Positions 24,777 through 37,700 of a DNA stretch of 64,000 nt are shown piece by piece. The position numbers and the translations under genes were made by a program. Position 1 is the stretch's first letter; each line of letters begins with the position of its first letter. This stretch comes from Antedon mediterranea (lineage: Eukaryota > Animalia > Echinodermata). The stretch lies in assembly GCF_964355755.1 (NCBI RefSeq), contig NC_092676.1, forward strand, positions 19,114,871 to 19,178,870, in the 5' to 3' direction. A model generated the notes under the pieces. The model had not been told where the DNA came from and searched no databases. It saw only the letters and a program-made list of their open reading frames with translations.

Positions 24777-26196
24777 ATGGATTTTAGAATAATTGTTTTG
24801 TGCGTAGGCCTATTAGCTCTGGTTTTTGTTGGCGTAGAAGCTCCACCTCCGCCAGGCTGGTGTGGGTAAGTATAAAGCCTGTTTTCCTGTCGACGTTATT
24901 CGACACTATTGTCGTTGATCGATAACGACGATCGTTTGTAAACGATCAAGTTGAAATGATAATGATAGCGGGTACCTTTTCCTGTAAATCGTTAACAATT
25001 CAATGTTTACGTAGAAGATCGCCGATTATTGTTAACGATAACGTCGAATAACGTCGACAGGAAAACAGGCTTAAGATAAAAATACATCTTCAATGTATAT
25101 ATTTATATTGCTGAATAAAATACCATACTGAAGTCTAAAGCTATGTCGTATCAAACTATTTTTTGATATACAGTATATACTGTTTTCCCAAATATGGTAG
25201 TTATATTTGACGTCATCGTGTCCGTATATGTACACATCACTTTTTTGTTACATACAAGTTTGATAGTGTAGACAGACCTTAATGTTTCATTCAATTAAAA
25301 TATTAAAGATAATATTTAAGTTTAATTAAAGGTAATAATATTAAATAATGTTTATGTATGAGTTAAATGAACGCAAAATATTCGAATAACCAATACAAAA
25401 CACCCATTCATTATTTTATGTTTAAAAGGGTGTTTTTTTTTTTTTTAGAATACGAGATGTATTTTTATTAATGTATGCACCATTATCCATTATCATTTTT
25501 TCTTTTGTTAACAGCGGCATCGCCGGGCATCGCCGGCCAGGATGCACTAGTCAGTGGGGTAAAAAGAGCACATTAGACGCATTAATTGAACAGTGAGTGT
25601 AGGCATGTTTATTTCAACCTATATATTACTTAAAGATGTATTGTCCCCAAAAACCTACAGATTAATAATTAGAATTTGAGTATACTATTAATCACTTCCG
25701 TAGAAAAAGTAATGTTTTCACTTATAAAATGACAAAATAAATGGTTAAATTCAACCAAAAACCCATTTACGCGCAGCTAATTTGACTATATTTTCTTTAA
25801 ATTACATACATAAATACATTCTTTTTCAATCCTATTTTTTTTTAAATGGCATATTCAACAATAACAATAATAATCATTTTTTCAGGGGGACAGTATATCT
25901 TTAATAATGATTAACGACAATATAACTATATATAATTGGTTGGACATAAACTTATCGAAATCTAATCAAAAATATTTTTGTATAGATTAATGGCAAGAAA
26001 AGAAGTGTTGGAAGAAGACGAAAAAGAAGCAGCAGCAGCGAAGGATCGTGATGTGGTAAATGAAAGAAAGGGGTTGAATGAACCGAATTACCAAGACACC
26101 AGAGAATATGACGTTGAACAAGAAAAGGAAATTCGTCTTTTAGATTTTCTGCTTGCCAACAATAAGAAAGACCTAAATTATGAAAGTAAAGATTAA
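24777..26196 (+). CDS. Secreted prepropeptide B (125 aa): signal peptide + PPPPGWCGGIAGHRRPGCTSQW(GKK) + acidic C-terminal region
   Basis: Exons 24777-24865, 25515-25592 and 25986-26196, phase-2 introns: MDFRIIVLCVGLLALVFVGVEA-PPPPGWCGGIAGHRRPGCTSQW-GKK-STLDALIEQLMARKEVLEEDEKE...YQDTREYDVEQEKEIRLLDFLLANNKKDLNYESKD*. Confidence 0.85.
24876..25071. mobile_element. Harbinger-like hairpin MITE (196 bp) starting 10 bp into the intron that splits the gene B peptide
   Basis: TAA|AGCCTGTTTTCCTGTCGACGTTATTCGAC ... GTCGAATAACGTCGACAGGAAAACAGGCT|TAA: long perfect TIR and TAA TSD. Confidence 0.85.
25634..25900. mobile_element. TTAA-target MITE (Kolobok-like)
   Basis: TTAA|AGATGTATTGTCCCC ... GGGGGACAGTATATCT|TTAA. 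Same ends as 54591-55132; relics near 55430 and 56285-56560. Confidence 0.7.
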
Positions 26197-26406
26197 TAAA
26201 ATTAACCAAAGGTATAGGCCTTCCAATATACTAGAAAATATTACCGTATGGACACTAATTTACAGAAATATGCCTTTTTAATAAATGTTTGGAGATTTAA
26301 TTTAATATTTTACCTACCATTAAATTTCTTTTTGGTGGTGGGACCGAAGTGGTCCACTGCGCTTTTTTGATACAGTGTTTATATTGTAAACGCGCACCAT
26401 ACGTGA

Positions 26407-26572
26407 AGCTTGGTTTCTACTTGAACAACGCAACGCAAGTTTTACACGCAACGCAGGCAATTTACCCAATCCGAAGCGAAGGACTTTTTACTGTTGCTTG
26501 TGATTGATTAAATTACGCGCGTCGCGCGTATGTCCATGCGTTGCGTGCTAGAGTGGGAACCAATCAAGCTTT
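26407..26572. mobile_element. Harbinger-like palindromic MITE (family 1)
   Basis: AAGCTTGGTTTCTACT..ACGCAACGCAAG ... GCGTTGCGTGCTAGAGTGGGAACCAA. Confidence 0.6.
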
Positions 26573-27174
26573 AGTGTAATAATCCCTATTGCACGGCTCA
26601 AACGAAGCTTGCTTTACTGGGATTAGGTGCAAGTGCAGTCCCCCATAACGGCTGTAATAACAAGTGGCTGAATTTGAATCAGAAAACCCTTACCATTTAT
26701 ACGCTGCAGGTTTTAGTTCAAAGTCGGTGTTATACAAGTTACATTTGGACTTCATAGCATTTGGTATTGTTAAGCCTGCTATGATTAGTATAGTAATACA
26801 ATACTAAGCTTACCGTATTTATTATTACATTAGTAGTATTGTAACACTATGGGGTGTACATGCACTATAAGCCATAGTTGGCCTAATCATGAACTTTACA
26901 GGCCACGTCTGTAGCAAGCATGTATCTGATGTGTTAGTGGTATAGCGCTCGTGCTTTAAATCGTATTAGGCCTACAATTATTACCAACAAATAAAAAAAA
27001 AAATTTCAAATTACAAACGCATTTAAAAAGGATGGTGGTGAAATTAAATGCGACTATTGGAAGTAACTATGCAATGTTTGAAAAATTAAGATGGAAAAAT
27101 AAATAAATAGCTTTGATATTGTTTTTGTATGATTTATGAAATGCTTTACTTCAATTGCTTCCATTGGTATGTGT

Positions 27175-27283
27175 TATATCGGAGGTACATCGGATATATC
27201 GGCCGACATCGGAGTTATATCGGAGGTAGGGCCTACATCGGATATATCGGCTGACATCTGAGTTATATCGGAGTTATATCGGC
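27175..27283 (+). repeat. Short ATCGG-based minisatellite
   Basis: Repeated TATATCGGAG / ACATCGGA motifs. Confidence 0.6.
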
Positions 27284-30200
27284 GTTTAGATTTGCCTTAA
27301 GTCTGTAGTTTTTATGTTTCAGTCTTTTATTCCTTTTTCGTGGAATTTATTCAACACATAACATAATAGACTAAACTTAAGATACGTAGTCCACCAGCCG
27401 ACGTCTGGACACTACAAAATACGAGCTCACGTATAATACGTATGAAACGCTACATGTGCCAAAATATTTCTCTTTTTACTCACTGCGGTCTAGAACCTAG
27501 ACTAATCAGAGTTATAAGAGAGTTAACCGATATAACTCAGATATGTTTATGATCGGTTTAACTCCGTTCTATGATGCGTCCGTTCGTATTGACTGCAGCA
27601 CCGCCCTCCTAATACAGGAGTGCCGTTAAAATTGTGAACCATTATCATCCTGTTATTTCACACACACCTATCTCCGATTTTAGGTGAACTTATACTTTGT
27701 TGGTCAAATCATTATTTTATATTCTCGTGTCATTCAAATAAATATAGGCCAAAGTACATTTATCTATTAATGATTTCCACTTAAGTGCTGATGTCATTTA
27801 GATAAAAATAACGGACACATCTTCATAATGTATATAAAAAGATAGAATACAGGCTAACCTATATAAAGTATTGAGTTGAATCTTATTTAAATCGACTTTG
27901 TTTTGTGTTCTGATGTTTACGTAATACTAAACTAGTTTAAAGAGCAAAACAATGTTAATTGTATTTAGTTCGTTTCGTTTTTATGATGCTGTTATTTTTT
28001 ATAGGCTAGTATTTATATTTTTTGACTATCAGTTAGCTGTTTAAAATGTTGTAAAATTCCAAACAATGTGTGTTTTAAATGCGCCATTCTTCCTTTGCAA
28101 CACTATTCAGAAAGCGGCAATCCAGTGTGCTACCCACATTGTAGTCTTAAAAAACGCACAACCCACGGATTGACCCCTATCAATTGTATTTTTATTTGAC
28201 TGGCACTCGAGTGTTACCAGTTTATTTGATAAAGGAGGGCAAAATTCTAGATAACAACCCGACCTTGTTAAACATAATAATTCACAAAGACAACAGTTTT
28301 CCAACGGATCCATGGCATAGTTAATTTCCTATGACTTGCCAGCAGATATAAAACATTCACCCACGATTATGTCCTTTAAAGCTATAGATACAGATCTCAT
28401 TTCTTTTCATAACACATTTGCATATTATATAAGTATACAATATAGGGTAGCCCTACTCCTTGCGCAAAAGTATTTTACTCCAAGACACGCATACAAAATC
28501 AGTGCAAATTTAAGTACTGAAATCTCATATCTTAATCGTATATTCAGTGCTCTATAATAGCTGAGGTGGATTTAAAAATGTTGCCTAACATAAGTTGTAC
28601 GAAAGATGATGGTACCGTTTGTAGGCCTATAATAATTGTAAACATTGTAAAGGCGAATTTACACAGACGAGCGGTAACGGTAAGCGGAAAACCACGTAGC
28701 TTGTCCCACGTAGAATCTTTCTGTCCTGAGAAACCGTTCCGTCCGCAGATGGCCGCGTTGAGTCTTTCAAATGGATGTGTCTTTATAATATTAAACAATC
28801 TATTATTTTCAGTACTACAATTATTATTCCCCAAAAGTGGAGTCTTATTGGAAAGAATATTATACTTCTAAATTTAGACCCTTATCCTCATTGCACTCAT
28901 TGTCAGGGTAGTTAATATTCTCGATGTGTAGATTTTTAAGGCCCTGTTTAGACCCATAAATAGCTTTAAATTCCGTTCTTCCTCTTTCAGATGATGTTGT
29001 TTTGATAAACAATGTTTTTGTCCTGTATTGCATCATCTAAAATAATTATTTATTTAATAACTTGACATTCCATGTTTCTATCATAAATAACTTACATAGT
29101 GAACACACATACTTATGGTTATAAAACAAATGTTCTCCCCTCTCTTGTTGCCAAAAATACCGCGAAACGCGTAGAATGTGGGCGGAAATTTGATTTGAAG
29201 TACTCGCATACATCCCTCTTATTTAAACAAACGATAACATTCAAGTGAGTGAGAGGGTTATGCCTACGTAATCGGTTAAAAATGATGTGATGACTTTGAA
29301 ACCCACTAGGTTATCGATGAATTGCGTTGAATTTAGGCCTCGACGGATAGGCGTACGTGATTGAAATATAGGAGAGATGAAGAGGAAGGGGCAGGTTTAA
29401 AAGAACAAATAAGAATATTCCACTCAATTCTGCAGCTGACTGACTGTTGCAAGTCATTGAGATACGTGTCTAGGTGCATTAAATACGTTAAGTTTTGTAC
29501 TTAATGGCAGCTCTGCAGAATTGGGTGGATATTCTTCTGTGATACTTTTTATTTATGAACAACGAATATCTATCAGTATACATTTCAAAAATAAACAAAT
29601 GTATTTTAATTCATCTAGAAATATTTACGTGGGCGTTGATGTACCAACTACTAAATGGGTTATAACAACAAAAACTTGTTAGTTTTTAAGTTCAAGGTAC
29701 TCATCCATCAAAGCTTATTATTATTTTGACATGTAGCAAAATAAAAGCTTCTCGTTATTTTTTAAAATGGTATGTTTAACTGATTTTAAGTCCGTTTCCG
29801 TGAAGTTAGTCTGTATATATTCCGGTATGTGGAGGTGTAATGTATAACAAAGGACTTAAGGTTGAGTTCAGCATTTTATTTTGACAATGTTTATGCTCTA
29901 GGTCGGAAGTGACGGAAAGCGACTAACTTATACATAGACCTGTAAATAACTATATGATTATTAAACGATAATATTCTTTATTTTAATCAGACATCCCATT
30001 GATGTTCAATGAATGCTTTTCATTGGTCAAAAGTTTTTGATACGCAGCACGTGATTAATACGGAAATCTAGATAAATACTTCTTTATAAACATTGCGTCA
30101 TTTAATCTAAAAATAGATTATACTACCTTGAAATCAATTAAGGAATGTTTGTATTTTGTTAATTGATGACGTCACGCATTTAAATTTAATCCATGCAGAA

Positions 30201-30287
30201 ACACAGTGCAACGAGTGAACTTGTAGGATCATAATGCCGAATTATTTTAGGTTCGTTCGTTATTAAAGATCCTATCATACCCTCTAA

Positions 30288-30543
30288 AGCTCTGTCTACA
30301 CTATCAAACTAGTTTGACAAAAAAAGTGTTATATCATCATCATCATCATCATCATCAATAATATATTTATACAGGATAAAACAATCAGATAACAGTGTAT
30401 CTGTTTTACATTGTGGTCCTGTCTTATATGCCCAAATATGGTAGTGATATGCCCAAATATGGCAGTGATATGACATCACCAAAGTACATTATGGGCACAT
30501 CACAGTTTTTGTCACATTAAACTTTGATAGTGTAGACAGAGCT
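30288..30543. mobile_element. Harbinger-like MITE (family 3) with a nested reverse-oriented retroposon 3' tail containing (CAT)n
   Basis: TAA|AGCTCTGTCTACACTATCAAACT ... TTTGATAGTGTAGACAGAGCT|TAA. Shorter copies lacking the (CAT)n insert lie at ~25138-25280 and ~49657-49770. Confidence 0.7.
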
Positions 30544-32044
30544 TAATGCATGTTCTAAAAGTGTCAATCTCCGCGTGATGGACGATTAAAATTACATGAA
30601 ATGGTGGTGGGGGGGGGGGGGGGCGTATTTCTAAAAGGTAGTGAAATTGAATGACTAAAGGAAGTTACCCGTCGTAAACTATTAATTAAAATGTATTAAA
30701 GTAGAAACATAAAGTATTATATATCGTGTCATACCACTGCATTACTATTACTATACGTAAATAGAAGTGTAGACAGTGCAGTATTATATATACTGTACAT
30801 TATTTCGGTATATGTGACTTTCCTCGTATAGTATCGCGGGATACAATGTAGACGCTTGTATACAAGCAAAGGCGCACCATATACACACAACAGGATGCTA
30901 AGAAATGTGTTTATTAGTACTAATATAACACCTTAGAAAACAGACATAAAGGGAAAAGTAATACACGAATAAGTCTATTGGACACATCTTTTCAGTAAAA
31001 TCAGACGCATGGCTAACCGCAACTTGCAGCAAATAACTCTGTAATTAAATTTTACCTTTTGTGTGTTACCCTTTGTGTTATTTCTATTTGCGACACAGGC
31101 TGCCCGAGGTCTAGATAAATAGTTTTTGAGAGTGCTTGAATGGTACAGAAGGTAAGCCACAATTACAGGATTATAGTATAGTAAGTATGTCGATATTTAA
31201 CTTTTTAGTTCTTTTTTTTTCTCATAAAGTTATGAATATGGTAGGTAGTAACACATGACTTAACATTTAGAAATACATAAACCAGACCTGGATTACCGGT
31301 GTAGTTAGACTTTCCGTCTAATAATTTACTGTACTTTTTTAAAGGCGCGATTAAGTAAGAGTGGTTAGTTCCACCAAAGCGGTGTAGGAAATATTGATTT
31401 GATTTTAAGGGCGTACAATTAACAGATCTTTTAAGGTGTTAGACTCTTTAGATATAATCACCGCATATCTACATAAGTAACCGCAATTACAGGACTCTGA
31501 TAGGACATTCATTATTTAACTTATTTTTTATATTGTATAAGTTTTGAATAAGTCAATTTATGTTTAGCATGATATAATCATAATAATAATAGTCTATTGA
31601 TGATCTCGGGATTAAAGTTAGGCTCTCTGCCACATCAAATGGATTTTGTGTACTTTTCTAAGGTTCAACTGAGAAGTGTTAGTTCTGCCCAGTGGCACAA
31701 TATTTGATTTTAATGACGTATAAATCGCAAATTGTCTGTAGGCCTATTACTGCTAAATAGCGGGAAGACGGTGAATAACAAGTACCAAACATGGAATACC
31801 GGAAATCAGGAAATGCTAGAAGTGAAATCTTTGTTTACCTATACCTAGTTTGATTATTTTTTGTTGTTGAAATGAAACTGATAAAAACAACGATAAGTTG
31901 TTAAGTTTCTCAAGTACGTAGAAACTCTTTCATCAAAGTTTAAACATCTTTGTTAGCTATTATTATGCAGTGTTAATTTATAAGCTTTATTCCCTAACCT
32001 GAGATGATACGACATTTTTTCAGAAAGAATAAGAAAGCGTATTA

Positions 32045-32228
32045 AGGCCAAGTTTCACAGACAAGCGTTGACGGTAATAAAAATATAGAATCTATGTTGT
32101 TCCTTATGACCAATTACAACGTGGAGCAGATGGGCGGTTTCCGGTCACCAGGACAGATACGGATTCTACGTGGGACAAACTACGCGGTTTTCCGCTTACC
32201 GTTACCACTCGTCTGTGTAAATTCGCCT
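32045..32228. mobile_element. Harbinger-like MITE (family 2)
   Basis: TTA|AGGCCAAGTTTCACAGAC ... GTCTGTGTAAATTCGCCT|TTA. Confidence 0.7.
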
Positions 32229-33608
32229 TTATTAGGTCCACCAGCTATTTCATTGGTTAGTGTTTAATGTGATATGTGTCCCTAAGTCTTGTTCAATGCA
32301 TTAATCTGAGGATTAGAAATCAGTCGAATCGAATATTTAGCCTACGCCTCCAATGCTTGGTTTCACCTCGAGATGACGCAAGCGCAACGTAAGCAATTGA
32401 TCAGTCAAAAGCGATAGATTATTCGAACTATCGGTTGTTATGGTCCACTTGCTTGCGTTGCGTCTTTAATGGGAACTGAACTTTAACCTTTTACATGTTA
32501 CTGGCTGGTTTAACACTACACCATGTCCCACTATGTTGACCTTTGTAAAAGTGTTGCTCATGACACAAAACAGCAAATGTTTGTCTTATTCTTCTTTAAC
32601 GTTTTTTGAGGATGTGTTCAATTATCAGTGCATTTTGAAAGAGGTTTCAGTGTTGATTGTATAGTTTCAAAGCGATAAATACACAGTTCAGAAAAAAGGA
32701 ATAAAGTATTGTGTTTTTTCTTTCGTAGGCCTACTATTTAAATTTCAATAAATGCGACAATACAACGTTTGTAAACAAATCGTATATTAAAGATAATACA
32801 ACTGTCCTCTTTGAACAAATATTTTTTTTCTGTATTTTCAAAGAAGGAACATTTAGTTTTAATTTTCACGGTTAAGTAAAATTAATACAATACTCGGCAT
32901 ATGCTTTCAATTCAAATCAGTTTATTAATTAAAACATTATTGTCACACAAAACCACATTATTATTGGGCCGTTACTGAAATAAAAAATAAGAAAATATTT
33001 TAAAATCAGTCACTTACCAGATGTATTAATCATATACAAGTACTAAAAGTAAACAAAATATTGCCGCAAACAACTAACGAAAATAGTTACAAACTAAAGG
33101 TTACTGTACAAGTATATATTTCATTAAAATTTTTATATAAATAAATTTCAAAGTTCGTCTTTAATCAGGTAGGCATGATAGTCAGTAAAAATAATAAACT
33201 CGATATCGCAATTGTTCAAGGCATTGTAATTCAAATAATTGGTTAAATGAAGCTTAGGATCTTAATAGTCTGATGTCTGTTGATTCCTCAAAATATAATG
33301 CCAAGGTTAGATTGCTAATGAAGAGATCAAAGGTCAAAGTTAAAAAGTCAATTGTACAGTGACATATAGGAAAACTATCCCCATAGAGCCCAAACACATT
33401 AGAAAGAAAGGCAACCTTGCAAGTTTCGTTAATAGCTAAATTTCGATTTGGAATGGTAGAACTGTTAATCTACGCATGCGTATACACATTTCATTTATTA
33501 TCGTAATTTTGTTGATCAACTTACGTTCGTCTGATGTCTACCGTACTGAAGCGAAAGCTCTCTAGATATCAGAGCGTAAAATATAACGTTTTTAACTTAC
33601 CTTATTTG

Positions 33609-33747
33609 TTTTTAGTCGCGTGGACGCGACTCTATAGTTCACTATGTCGGTCGGTCTGTCGGTCTGTCTGTCGGTCTGTCCGTCTGTCTGTCGGTCCGGT
33701 ATCACTATGCATTGTAGCACGCGACTTAATGGCTGTTGGCCTTGTTT
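33609..33747 (+). mobile_element. Helentron-associated non-autonomous element (HINE / DINE-1-like)
   Basis: TTTTTAGTCGCGTG...(GTCG/GTCT)n microsatellite...CACGCGACT subterminal inverted repeat...GGCCTTGTT end in T-rich flanks. This is the DINE-1/HINE architecture. Confidence 0.7.
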
Positions 33748-35579
33748 GAGATAGCTTTGATGTTCATTTTTCCATTTATAATTTCAATGCTCTGGTACTA
33801 TAATATAGGCCTAACAAAGTTTTAATTTTGAAAAAAAAAACAGAAGTTATAAAGAAGCTAAAGTTTAAAAAAAAAGACCCCTTCAGTGAAATGTGTGTTC
33901 AACATTCAAACAATTCCTGTTTTAAATTGTTTGATTCCAAACGCAAATAAACACTTTTATTTTTAGCTCAAATTCAAAAGAAGTTTTAATTTGGAATTTG
34001 AAATGTTGTACTATTTTGTATGTTTTATAGTATTTTAAATATGTTTATACGTATTTTAGCCTAAAGGTATTTTAATATCTTTTGAAAAAATTAAAGTGTC
34101 TTAATAATAACTTATATCTATGTCTATATTGAATTGCTATATTCCACAGTATTCATGGATGATTGATTTTATTAATTTCGATCGTCACTACTTTGCCCAT
34201 CTTGAAAATGTTATTACAATTTTAAAAATATTGAAATGAATCTATTATTAAATTACAGAAACCAAATTAGGCAAGCGTGTTTTCCCGGAAACTACGTCAT
34301 GCATTTTTTATCACAACGCATTCCAAGACTTACAAAAAAAATGTCCGGAACAAAATTCCATATATTGTACAGTCCATTTAAATTTAAAATCTCTAAGCTA
34401 AACTTTAAATGCGGTATTATTGCAACATGCCTAGCCTAGTTCGTGTTATTGTTTGCTTCTTTCGTGGGAGTTCTACAACCCGCCTCCAATTTTCTTCATA
34501 TAATTTTAAAGCATATGTCAAAACAAGATTTAGTTATTTTTTAGGATTTTTTTTATCCATTATTAAAGACGAAAATTGTTTGCTAGTACGTAAAAAACAA
34601 AATCAATGATAGTTCCATGAAAAGTTACATAGAAGCCTACGATTTGTAAAATGAAAGTAACTTAAAGGCCAGGTGCGGGCAAACAATTTCTATTGATCAT
34701 ACATTCCAATAATTATCGATCTATAGTTTCCCCTATGTTTCATAATGTTTGGGATTTTATTTGTGTTACTTGAGCTTTTTAAAAATAAGCACTTTCTTAT
34801 CAGTGGGGGGATAGTTCAAATTACACAGTAAAATCTCTATTCTTTTGTACACAAATTTTGTAAAAAGAGAGGCATTTTAAAAAGCTATGAAAAATAAACG
34901 GTGTGGTAAAAAATGTTATCAGATGACTAAATATAGGTAATATAACTTGAATTTTACATTACTGGTATTTTTATTCAACTTCAGATTTTTATTTTCATGC
35001 TATAGCAGAAATTATCCACCGTATATCCACCATCTTTTTTCACCTTCTAGAAAGTCACTAGACATGTTATTACATTAGGTTAAACTACCTAACTACTGAA
35101 AAAAAGTCTTCCTGGTTTTTATAGCAGAATTTTTCCAAATTTTGTATTTGACCATATTAAGGGAAATTCATGCTTTTTTCGTTTTGATTTCTGTTACAAA
35201 TATTTGATTTATGTACAATTAACCAGATATTATATTTAAAATTCATGCCTGTATCTGAGCTTTAAAGTTGATCCATATTTTCAGAAAAACCAACAAATTC
35301 AATTTCATTGAAAAAATTGCGATCTAAAGTTTTGAGAATTTCAGTTACGGTTTTTATTGGAAAAATAAGCAAGTAGATAAATATACTATATGTGGGTGTA
35401 TCACATTATCTTCCATGGTTTGGATGTAAATCTCGATTTATATAATTAATAATATTTTATTGGCATAATATGCATATTAAACAATAGAATAGATTTGAAA
35501 TTGACTTGCTATGTTCTGTTAATACAAATATGTTTGGTACACTACCTCCTATTATAATTTCAATTTAAGATTAGCCTGC

Positions 35580-35830
35580 ATTTATTATTTATTCATTTAT
35601 TTAACATCTTTATTACACAATAAGGTAAAATAAAAAACTGTTTTGCATTGTGTTCCTTTCTTAAAAAATACAAAATAAATCGGGCGAAAAAAAAATTATA
35701 TTTTATTTTAAAAATGAGATAGATATCTAGCTTTGAATGAAGCATTTTTTTGGAGAATATTTAATTTCAGTTTGTAAGCTATTCCATACGGTATTTTAGC
35801 GCCTGCAATCAACTCAATTTTGTTTTATAA
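35580..35830 (-). mobile_element. Decayed 3' end of a CR1/L2-like LINE
   Basis: The minus strand reads GAK..WNSLQTEIKYSPKNASFKA-like (with frameshifts), followed by an AATAA-rich tail. A similar LPADIKHSPTIMSFKA relic lies on + at ~28336. Confidence 0.4.
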
Positions 35831-36567
35831 TATCGTTGGCGCAAGGCCGTGAACACATTTAGACAAGCTAGGGATAGATTTCTAGAATTGGCAGCAGGAC
35901 GGTCCAACAACACCCTTTCCCCAAGAGGTACTGTCTGAATCTTAAAAAGATTGTTGACTTATTCAATGGTTTCAAGACCTACTGGTCTTAATTATGCCAA
36001 CCATTTGTGAAACCCGCCAGATTCACAAACTTAATAATAACTGAAATACTAAAATAATATGAGAGCTATTGACCAACAACATAGTACGCATGGTCGTCGT
36101 CTGGGGGCCTAAAATCAAGAAGAATTCGAGTCAAGAGGCATACAAATGTCTACAATAAATTAATATGACGTAACTAGGTCTAGAATTCTGGGTGGGGGTT
36201 TGTCTTTTGTCGAGATCAAAGACCACCTTCACACATAAAAGTATTGTTCAGTGGTTTATACATATTTATTATAAATAATTTTGTTATTGGTGGTAATTGG
36301 GAACTATATAACGGTCGGTTACGCGCTTTATGTCATAATTATTAAATTGGATTTGAAAAATGTATTGAAATTTAAGGTAATTTATAGGCTATTGCCACAT
36401 TTAAATTTTGTTTGGAGTGTATGCCGGGGGCGAGCGGTACTAAATGGCCCGTCACAATATTTGAACATTGATAGTCTTTACCACACAATGTCCCGTATAC
36501 ATTCCATTTCTCAACCCAAAAACTTATCACAAACACCCACGCTATATCTACACTTAAACAAGCACGT

Positions 36568-36699
36568 CTTTTGATATTCAAATCATTTTGTTCGTGATCA
36601 AATTTATATACGTCAATTTGTTTGACCCGTGTACCTATTGGTATTCTGATTTCTCTGTGGACGTGTAACACTTTTTATAGTCTCTCTTTAATCCGAAAG
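36568..36699 (+). promoter_or_regulatory. Promoter and non-coding first exon of Cys-loop peptide gene C (first intron ~6.5 kb)
   Basis: Same CTTTTGATATTCAAATC 17-mer as gene A, TATA-like TTTATATA, then GAAAG|GTAAGA donor at 36699 at a comparable spacing. Confidence 0.55.
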
Positions 36700-36949
36700 G
36701 TAAGAATTCTAAAAAAAATTCTCGTTTTTTTATCCACCGATAAAATCTTAAGTGGAGATTCAGTGTAGTTGCAAAGACACGCTTAATAAATGGTTACAAA
36801 TTTGTCACCGTTTTTATTCTTAAAAGATTAAAATACTTATTATATAAAACGGTTATTAGACCTATGTATTGTTGTATTAAGTTGCTGTACAATTTGTGTA
36901 AATGATAAAGCTTCTCTTTGACATTACATAGCTTAGTTTGAGAGTGGTT

Positions 36950-37700
36950 TAATTAATTTAGTTACCTTAGTTAACTTAGTTTGTTAATTTAGTTACCTAT
37001 TTAACTTAGTTTGACTTTAGTTTAGTTAATTTAGTTACCTATTTAACTTAGTTTGACTTTAGTTTAGTTAATTTAGTTAACTTAGTTCGACATTAGTTTA
37101 GTTAATTTAGTTATCTTAGTTAACTTATAGTTTGAGATTGGCTTACATAAAGAGGAAAGTACTCTATTTGAAATAACATAAATAAGTAAAAACAATATCT
37201 TAATAGGTCTAATTGATATAAGTGCCGCTGTCAGAACATATTATTTTGTAAATGTTAAACTGTTCATTGCCCTTTTTAAATTAGTTTGCCTTTAGGTTTT
37301 AGTTAATGTAGTTAGTTACCTTAGTTAACTTAGTTTGCCTTTAGGTTATAGTTAATGTTCCCTCCTGTAAGTGGTGAACCATGAGCTCACTGTTGGTTGG
37401 GAAATGAATAAATAAAATAAAATAAATAAAAATGTAGTTAGTTGCCTTAGTTAACTTAGTTTGCCTTTAGGTTATAGTTAATGTAGTTAGTTACCTTAGT
37501 TAACTTAGTTTGCCTTTAGGTTATAGTTAATGTAGTTAGTTACCTTAGTTAACTTAGTTTGCCTTTAGGTTATAGTTAATTTAGTTAGTTACCTTAGTTA
37601 ACTTAGTTTGCCTTTAGGTTATAGTTAATGTAGTTAGTTACCTTAGTTAACTTAGTTTGCCTTTAGGTTATAGTTAATGTAGTTAGTTACCTTAGTTAAC
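36950..37700 (+). repeat. TTAG(T)-rich minisatellites: 42-bp unit (36950-37130) and 49-bp unit (37280-37700)
   Basis: The 49-mer AGTTAGTTACCTTAGTTAACTTAGTTTGCCTTTAGGTTATAGTTAATGT is repeated about 7 times and interrupted at ~37360-37432 by a short insert ending in (AATAA)n. Confidence 0.85.

Noticed and set aside
36950-37700. TTAGG/TTAGT-rich array as interstitial telomere
   Set aside because: There are no runs of canonical TTAGGG or TTAGG; the units are 42 and 49 bp composites.
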